A stretch of DNA of 56,016 nt, taken from a virus. The notes under the pieces were generated by a model that saw nothing but the letters and a program-made list of their open reading frames with translations, did not search any database and had not been told where the DNA came from. Position numbers and translations under genes: made by a program. The stretch is from IMG/VR virus record IMGVR_UViG_3300012925_000002. One strand, 5' to 3'. This document shows, in pieces, positions 50,256 through 56,016 of the stretch (position 1 is its first letter; each line of letters begins with the position of its first letter).

Positions 50256-50385
50256 CACCAATACCATCCACTTGCGTCGCCGTCCGTTCTTACAGCGCAT
50301 TGTCTGCATCTATCTCGGCTATCGCCGCATGCATTTTGGACCGTTCAAGGCTGCGCGGTTGGCGTGGCAGATGGCGAGGCTCTGA
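50248..50385 (+). CDS. Hypothetical 45-aa basic protein
   Basis: Overlaps the previous stop. MADTNTIHLRRRPFLQRIVCIYLGYRRMHFG... Confidence 0.35.
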   Translation: MADTNTIHLRRRPFLQRIVCIYLGYRRMHFGPFKAARLAWQMARL

Positions 50386-50558
50386 TGTCTGACACCACAA
50401 CGGCACCAAACAACAAGCCCGTCGATTTCGGCGACAAGGTCACCCGCGAAGTATCCGGCGCTGCGAAGAAGTCCGTGGTTCGCAAGGGTGCCAAGCGCGC
50501 GATCAAGCGCGGCATGATCTCCGAAAAGGCCGCCAAGCGCCACCTGAAGGATTACTGA
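50385..50558 (+). CDS. Hypothetical 57-aa lysine-rich protein
   Basis: TGATG coupling. Confidence 0.45.
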   Translation: MSDTTTAPNNKPVDFGDKVTREVSGAAKKSVVRKGAKRAIKRGMISEKAAKRHLKDY

Positions 50559-50559
50559 G

Positions 50560-50940
50560 GTGGGCTATGCCGAACCTGTTCTCGGAACGCGGATGCATTC
50601 GGCGGGACTGGTTCTGCAGGGCGTATTGACGCCAGCGCGTTGGCTGGAATTCCTCGCCGAAGTTGCAAAGGCGATCGGCATGTCGGCGGTGGATGAGGCC
50701 AAGGTCTGGACCTATCCGGCGCTCGACGGCAAGGGCGGCAGTGGCCAGACCATCGTACTGCCCGTCACGGAATCCTTTCTGGCACTCGATACCTGGGCGG
50801 ACCACCACGGCGCATACCTGCTCGTCTGCTCGTGCCGCTCCTATTACACGGCTGACATTGATCTAGTCGCGGAGCGGTTCGGCCTGAAGGTGGTTTTGCA
50901 TCCGTCGCGGCGGTTTTATCACGAACTCGATTTGAAGTGA
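50560..50940 (+). CDS. S-adenosylmethionine-decarboxylase-fold (SpeH/SpeD-like, pyruvoyl family) protein, divergent
   Basis: GTG start. ..GSGQTIVLPVTESFLALDTWADHHGAYLLVCSC.. compared with B. subtilis SpeH ..[32 protein letters not shown]... Confidence 0.5.
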   Translation: MGYAEPVLGTRMHSAGLVLQGVLTPARWLEFLAEVAKAIGMSAVDEAKVWTYPALDGKGGSGQTIVLPVTESFLALDTWADHHGAYLLVCSCRSYYTADIDLVAERFGLKVVLHPSRRFYHELDLK

Positions 50941-50944
50941 GCCG

Positions 50945-52282
50945 ATGAGCCTCAAATCCAAAACCGCGCTGGTCTGGGACAACGGCATCTTTACCGAGAT
51001 CGCCGTGACGCTCGCCAAGGATTTCGGTCGCATGCTCTACTACGTGCCATGGACCTCGGGTATGCCGAAGTCCAACGCGCTGATGATCGGCGAAGGCATC
51101 GATGGCGTCGAGCGCGTCGCATCGCCATGGGCTCATTTCGACGAGATCGACATCTGGATTTTCCCCGACGTTTACGAGGGCGATCTGCAGGAGTGGCTGG
51201 CCTCGCAGGGCAAGCGGGTGTGGGGCTGCCGGCTCGGCGCCGAACTCGAGATCGACCGCCCGACCTCGAAGGAAACATCCAAAAAGCTCGGCATCGACGT
51301 CGGGCCCTACAAGGTGATCACGGGGCTCGACGCGCTGCGCAAGCATCTCAAGGCCAATGACGACCAGTGGGTGAAAATCTCCGGCACCCGCGGCGACATG
51401 GAAACCTTCGGCGCCAAGTCTTACGAGAAGGTCGAGGTTCGTCTGGACGAACTCGAACACAATCTCGGCGCGCTGAAGAAGGTGATGAAGTTCACCGTCG
51501 AGCAAGGCATCAACGATGCGGTTGAGACCGGCTATGACGGCTACTGCATCGACGGCAAGTACCCGAAGGGCGCCATGACCGGCGTCGAGGTCAAGGACGA
51601 AGCCTATCTGATGAAGACGGTCGCCTGGCGCGATCTGCCCGAACCGGTACGGACCGTCAACGAAAAGCTGGCGCCGGCGCTCAAGCGCTACGGCTATCGC
51701 GGCTTCATCTCGACCGAAGTTCGCGTCACCAAGGACGGCAAGTCCTATCTGATCGATCCGTGTTGTCGCGCCGGCTCGCCGCCGAACGAGCTCTACCAGG
51801 TCATGATCAGCAACCTCGCCGACGTGATCTGGTACGGCGCCGAAGGCATCGTGATCGAGCCGGACTTCAAGGCTAAATGGGGTGCGGAAGTGCTCTTGAT
51901 CTCCGACTGGGCAGACGAGAACTGGATGCAAGTTTCGTTTCCGGAAAGTGTGCGAGAGAACGTCAAGCTCCGCAACTTCTGCTGCATCGAGGGCGAGTAC
52001 TACGTGATCCCGCAATGGACGGGATGCGCCGAGATTGGCGCCGTGGTCGGGATCGGCGATACGCCCGATGAAGCGATCGCAGAAGTCAAGCGGATCGCCG
52101 ATCTGGTCGAGGGACATCTGCTGGACAAGCCGATCGACGCGCTCGATATCGCGCGCGAGCAGCTCGAGCAGGTGCTCGGGCCCGACAAGCCGGAAACGAA
52201 AGACCAGCGCAAGGCGCGCGAGCTGCACAAGGCCGGCAAGATTTCGGACCGGCAGCTCGACAAGATGATGGCGCGAGGCTGA
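50945..52282 (+). CDS. ATP-grasp fold enzyme
   Basis: 445 aa. ..WVKISGTRGDMETF.., ..GYRGFISTEVRVTKDGKSYLIDPCCRAGSP.. resemble the ATP-grasp nucleotide/Mg-binding strands. Confidence 0.55.
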   Translation: MSLKSKTALVWDNGIFTEIAVTLAKDFGRMLYYVPWTSGMPKSNALMIGEGIDGVERVASPWAHFDEIDIWIFPDVYEGDLQEWLASQGKRVWGCRLGAELEIDRPTSKETSKKLGIDVGPYKVITGLDALRKHLKANDDQWVKISGTRGDMETFGAKSYEKVEVRLDELEHNLGALKKVMKFTVEQGINDAVETGYDGYCIDGKYPKGAMTGVEVKDEAYLMKTVAWRDLPEPVRTVNEKLAPALKRYGYRGFISTEVRVTKDGKSYLIDPCCRAGSPPNELYQVMISNLADVIWYGAEGIVIEPDFKAKWGAEVLLISDWADENWMQVSFPESVRENVKLRNFCCIEGEYYVIPQWTGCAEIGAVVGIGDTPDEAIAEVKRIADLVEGHLLDKPIDALDIAREQLEQVLGPDKPETKDQRKARELHKAGKISDRQLDKMMARG

Positions 52283-52578
52283 TGGCGATGCGCCGCGGCG
52301 GTCGATCCTACTGGCGCATGGTCCGCTTACGCGAACGCAACATGGCTGCTCGGCCAATAACGCCAAGCGAATACCGCGGCGAGAACGACTACGACCGCGC
52401 CGACATTATGGCCAAGATCGACTCATTGTCGATGGGTTGGCGGATGTTGATCAACCAGCATGGTTTTACGCCCGTGATGCAGGCGCGCAACTATTCGACC
52501 GATATCGCAATCGTCGAGAAGATGATGAATCAGCGTCACGAAATCCGGCAGGAACAACTCGCAAAAGGCAGGGCCTGA
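52282..52578 (+). CDS. Hypothetical protein
   Basis: TGATG coupling. 98 aa. Confidence 0.5.
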   Translation: MAMRRGGRSYWRMVRLRERNMAARPITPSEYRGENDYDRADIMAKIDSLSMGWRMLINQHGFTPVMQARNYSTDIAIVEKMMNQRHEIRQEQLAKGRA

Positions 52579-52627
52579 TTATGGCGAACTCGAAATCCGT
52601 TGGCGTGCCGATCGCTGGTGCAAGCAG

Positions 52628-52849
52628 GTGACCCGCGACGAATTCGAAGCTCTCATGGATGCAGATGCGTGGTCGCCGCAGCAGCGTGCGCGCTGGTGCG
52701 ATTACACGCCGGTCGTCGATGGTGCGACGTTGCGGCGCGAAATGTCTCGCCCTGACGGGATGATCGAAGTCAAGTTCGTCAATCCGCCGCAGTCCGTCTT
52801 GTCTTGGTTTGGGCTTCGCATCCTCTTGCGCAGTAGGCTCGCAGCGTAA
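52628..52849 (+). CDS. Hypothetical protein (GTG start)
   Basis: 73 aa. TAATG coupling to the portal gene. Confidence 0.45.
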   Translation: MTRDEFEALMDADAWSPQQRARWCDYTPVVDGATLRREMSRPDGMIEVKFVNPPQSVLSWFGLRILLRSRLAA

Positions 52850-54834
52850 TGCCACTGACGGAATATTCCCCTCTCGACGCCATGGACCGCGCGGATAACG
52901 CGCGCCTGGCGCCGCTCGTCGGGGACCGGCAGGACAACAATCCGGTCGAAGACAAGCGCGAGCGGGTGGTTGACGACGATGACGAGATGTTCCTGCCGGT
53001 ACGTACCTTACGCGTACAAGTGCAGGACTATCTCGACAGCAAGGTCGATGAGATCGAGGAACAGAAGGATTCCCGCCGCTATTATCACGGCGCGCAGCTC
53101 ACGGCAGACCAATACCGGATCCTCAAAGCCCGCCATCAACCCGTGCAGATCTGGCCGCGGGTCGGGCGCAAGATCAACGGCATCGTCGGCGTCGTCGAAC
53201 GTGCGCGTTGTGACCCCAAGGCAGAAGGGCGTGATCCGAAGTCGGAGGCGGGTGCGGAGATCGCGACCCAATCGATCCGGTCTGTGCTCGATGGCAACCA
53301 GTTCAAGAACGCGCTCGGACCGGTGGTATTGTTGCAGGCCGGCATTGAAGGCATCGCCGGCATCCAGTTGGTGCTGCAAAAGGGCGACAAGGGCGATCCG
53401 GACGTTGGTCTGCATTGGGTGATCGGCGACGAATATTTCTATGATCCCCGGTCCTACCAGTTCAATTTCCGCGACAGTCGCTACGAAGGCCTGATGAAGT
53501 GGATGGATCTCGACGCGGCGATCGAGATGTTTCCGGGCAAAGAAGACCTGCTCGAGGGCCTGTTCCAGGGTGACAGCGACCTCACCACCAATTCCGACCG
53601 GGAGATGAAGTGGATCATCTCGACCGAGCGCCGGCTGCGCATGGTCGAACACTGGTACAAGCACAAGGGACGATGGTGCTGGGCGTTCTACGTCGCCAAC
53701 GTGTTGCTCGATCAGGGCGTCTCGCCCTTCAAGGACGAGCGCGGCAATTCGGAATCCTCTTTCGAGATGTTTTCGGCTGCGATCGATCAGGACGGCGACC
53801 GCTATTCGTTCGTGCGTGGCTTCAAGGGTCCGCAGGACGCGCTCAATCAAGGCAAGTCGAAGACGTTGGCGCTGGCGAACTCGCGCCGCGTCATCATGGA
53901 AAAGGGTGCGGTCGATGACGTCGAGATCGCGCGGCGCGAAGTGGCGCGCCACGACGGGCTCGTCGAGATCAATCCGCAGAAGCAGTTCAAAGTCGATGAT
54001 ACCCATCCGGATATCGCGACGTTCACGAGCTTTACCGATGACGCCAAGGCCGAGCTCGATGGCTTTGCCAACTCCAACATCGCGGCCATCACGGGCCCGG
54101 GCGGCGTCGGCAACATCTCGGGCAGGGCGCTGGAATTGTTGCGCGAGCCTGGCATGGCCGAACTCGGGCCGTTCGTGCTGGCGCATCGGGCGTTCAAGCT
54201 TGGGCTCTATCGAAAAATCTGGAACGCGGTCTCCCGGCATTGGACCGCAGAGCGCTGGATTCGCGTCAACTCCAACGAGAAGATCGCGCAGTTCATCCAG
54301 TTGAACGGGCTCGACGTTGACGAATGGGGCCGTCCCACGATCGTCAACGCGGTCGGCTCGCTCGACGTGAACATCGTGCTCGACGAAGGCCCGGACGTGA
54401 TCTCGATGATGGATGAGACCTACGACATGCTCAAGGGCTACCCGCCCGGCACCTTCCCGCCGCAGGTCCTGATCGAGATGAATCCGCATCTGCCGCGCTC
54501 GGAGAAGGACCGCATTCTGAAAATGATGCAGCCACAGCAGAAGCCGCCGGACCCGATCGCCGAAGCCGTCAAGCGGCTGCATCTGGAAGGCCTCGCCGGC
54601 AAGAACGCGAAACAAGCTGCCGAGACGCAAAAGACGCTGGCCGGCGCCGACCAGGCCGCGGCTACCGCCGAAGAGAAGCGCGCCGGCATCGGGCATCAGA
54701 CGGACATGCGTGAACTATCGGCGCATGAATTCGTGCGGGATTCACTGTTTGAAGCCCATAAGATCATGGCGCCGTTCCTCAACCCGCCGCCGCAAGCCGG
54801 GCAGGGTGCGCCAATTGGCGCAGGCGCGGCCTGA
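52849..54834 (+). CDS. Portal protein
   Basis: 661 aa between the terminase and scaffold genes. ..RRYYHGAQLTADQYRILKARHQPVQIWPRVGRKING.. is portal-like. Confidence 0.8.
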   Translation: MPLTEYSPLDAMDRADNARLAPLVGDRQDNNPVEDKRERVVDDDDEMFLPVRTLRVQVQDYLDSKVDEIEEQKDSRRYYHGAQLTADQYRILKARHQPVQIWPRVGRKINGIVGVVERARCDPKAEGRDPKSEAGAEIATQSIRSVLDGNQFKNALGPVVLLQAGIEGIAGIQLVLQKGDKGDPDVGLHWVIGDEYFYDPRSYQFNFRDSRYEGLMKWMDLDAAIEMFPGKEDLLEGLFQGDSDLTTNSDREMKWIISTERRLRMVEHWYKHKGRWCWAFYVANVLLDQGVSPFKDERGNSESSFEMFSAAIDQDGDRYSFVRGFKGPQDALNQGKSKTLALANSRRVIMEKGAVDDVEIARREVARHDGLVEINPQKQFKVDDTHPDIATFTSFTDDAKAELDGFANSNIAAITGPGGVGNISGRALELLREPGMAELGPFVLAHRAFKLGLYRKIWNAVSRHWTAERWIRVNSNEKIAQFIQLNGLDVDEWGRPTIVNAVGSLDVNIVLDEGPDVISMMDETYDMLKGYPPGTFPPQVLIEMNPHLPRSEKDRILKMMQPQQKPPDPIAEAVKRLHLEGLAGKNAKQAAETQKTLAGADQAAATAEEKRAGIGHQTDMRELSAHEFVRDSLFEAHKIMAPFLNPPPQAGQGAPIGAGAA

Positions 54835-55139
54835 TGTCGATCAAAGGAAAACCGGCCGCGCCGGGCGCAATGCCGATGCTGAAGAACTCGGCCTCCGCAC
54901 CGCTGGTCTATTTCGACAACGCGCCGGTATTTGGCACCTACGCCGGCAATATCGAACTTGAACTTGCAGCAAGGCACCTGATGCCAAAGCCCGACGGCAG
55001 CGTGGTCGCCGAAATGTCGTGTGCGGCACACATACGTTGTTCGCCGCAAGCCGCGATCATGCTGATCGACGCGCTGCAAAAGGCGCTGGATATGCTGAGT
55101 AAGCAGCAAGAGGAACGAAGCGCTCTTCTCGCCAACTGA
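54834..55139 (+). CDS. Hypothetical protein
   Basis: 101 aa. TGATG coupling to the portal gene. Confidence 0.5.
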   Translation: MSIKGKPAAPGAMPMLKNSASAPLVYFDNAPVFGTYAGNIELELAARHLMPKPDGSVVAEMSCAAHIRCSPQAAIMLIDALQKALDMLSKQQEERSALLAN

Positions 55140-55327
55140 ATTCGTCCGCGCCACGAAACGGCGCATGGCATTTACGGGTTGCCACCTCTGAGCCCTGCGG
55201 CAGGCGTCCTCCATACGGCGCAACGCTTTTAATTCAGTCCCGGCGTGTTTCGCATCGGTCTTTTTTCGATGTTGAGCGAACTGGACTGCCGTCATCGCGA
55301 CGAAACGCGAAGTGAAGGACTGCCATC

Positions 55328-56016
55328 ATGATCAGGGAAGTAGACGCCATCTCCGATGCGATCATCGCAACCGAGCGTGAAATCGCAGGAGACGCGTGGG
55401 GTCAGGAAGATACTGATTTGGGCGATGCTACCGGAGACCGCGCGCTCGAGGATATCGGCGGGGGGCTCGAAGGCCAGCACGAGCAAGAGGATGCCGACGA
55501 CGCTGAAGGTGAGGAAGCCGAAGGCGAAGACGGTGAGGGTGAAGGCGAAGAAGCTGAAGGTCAAACGGAAGCGGAGATTGCTGCCGCAGCTGCTGCCAAG
55601 GCGGCGGGCGAGGTAGCTCCGAAGCCGGCCGCAAGGACTGAACCGGAAGGCCGCGTGCCTCCTGGCCGGTACCGTGAGGTGGCCGAGCGCGCGCGATCAG
55701 CGGAAGCCGAACGTGATGCGCTGAAAGCGGAGATCGAGAAATCCAAAGGCGACAGCACGTCGCTGAAGGGTCAACTCGATCTGGTCATGCGCGAGATCAA
55801 CGATCTCAAGCGTGGTGCCGTCCGCACGGAAGCGCCGAAGCCGGTTGAGCCCAAAGCCATTCCTGACATCTTCGAGGACCCGAAAGGGTTCGTCGATCAC
55901 CTCACGCAAGGGTTCCAGAGCGAGTTTGCGAAACGCGACACGGTCCTTGAAAACAACCGGGTCGAAACCTCAATGGCGATCGCGCACGCGTTCCACAAGG
56001 ATGGGTTCGAAAAAGC
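55328..56016 (+). CDS. Scaffolding-like protein, N-terminal part (open at the window end; continues at 2..517)
   Basis: From ATG 55328 there is no stop to the window end. Acidic E/D/G-rich N-terminus, then coiled-coil-like ..AEAERDALKAEIEKSKGDSTSLKGQLDLVMREINDLK... Confidence 0.7.
   Translation, partial: MIREVDAISDAIIATEREIAGDAWGQEDTDLGDATGDRALEDIGGGLEGQHEQEDADDAEGEEAEGEDGEGEGEEAEGQTEAEIAAAAAAKAAGEVAPKPAARTEPEGRVPPGRYREVAERARSAEAERDALKAEIEKSKGDSTSLKGQLDLVMREINDLKRGAVRTEAPKPVEPKAIPDIFEDPKGFVDHLTQGFQSEFAKRDTVLENNRVETSMAIAHAFHKDGFEK
55894..56016. repeat. Terminal direct repeat, right copy (identical to 1..123)
   Basis: Read directly. Confidence 0.95.

Larger units (their letters stand above)
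1..56016. mobile_element. Complete temperate tailed-phage genome (circularly closed contig, 55,893 nt unique)
   Basis: Integrase + attP, repressor/Cro switch, terminase, portal, scaffold, capsid, fibres and lysis genes are all present. The terminal 123-nt overlap closes the circle. Confidence 0.85.

Noticed and set aside
55283-55329. Direct repeat GGACTGCCRTCAT (12/13 identical), two copies 34 nt apart, just upstream of and including the scaffold start codon.
   Set aside because: It is too short to interpret. It may be a small duplication of the initiation region. No structure or partner site was seen.
1-56016. Search for CRISPR arrays, a diversity-generating retroelement (RT plus TR/VR in fibre genes), retrons, toxin-antitoxin pairs and complete tRNA genes.
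   Set aside because: There are no spaced direct-repeat arrays, no reverse-transcriptase-like ORF, and no template/variable repeat pair in the fibre genes. No cloverleaf-capable sequence was found apart from the attP fragment.

Overview
The window is a complete temperate tailed-phage genome. It is closed on itself: bases 1-123 are identical to 55894-56016, so the unique length is 55,893 nt. GC content is high. Gene content (GapR/DUF2312, a GcrA-like protein, Rhizobiales-type integrase and lysis-region proteins) suggests an alphaproteobacterial host; this is inference only. Layout: (i) integrase next to an attP core that is the 3' end of a tRNA, 23.4-24.8 kb; (ii) a minus-strand early-left operon, 24.6-31.7 kb (T5orf172 protein, DHH/DHHA1 phosphoesterase, AAA_24 ATPase); (iii) a divergent CI-like/Cro-like switch with a shared palindromic operator, 31.7-32.6 kb; (iv) a plus-strand early-right operon, 32.6-46.9 kb (ClpX zinc-finger mimic, beta-clamp-like protein, ParB-MT-A70, a frameshifted C5-MTase fused to a Dam-type MTase, GapR, GcrA-like protein, replication initiator, NusG-like antiterminator); (v) three tandem terminators; (vi) a late operon that crosses the circular junction (terS, terL, AdoMetDC-like plus ATP-grasp pair, portal, scaffold, capsid, tail/ejection proteins, fibre-like proteins, lysis genes). 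No sheath or tape-measure gene was recognised, so it looks podovirus-like. Most unusual observations: (1) nine late proteins, including clear tail-fibre-like and SGNH-esterase proteins, carry canonical Sec signal peptides and even numbers of paired cysteines; (2) a bipartite ~120-135-nt repeat family sits at six module junctions, sometimes split around whole ORFs and once bracketing a gene as inverted copies; (3) an AdoMetDC-fold/ATP-grasp pair lies inside the packaging-head module; (4) three methyltransferase classes lie within 6.6 kb, with a +1 frame break and a C13 tract. All functional calls come from motif recognition by eye, with no database search.
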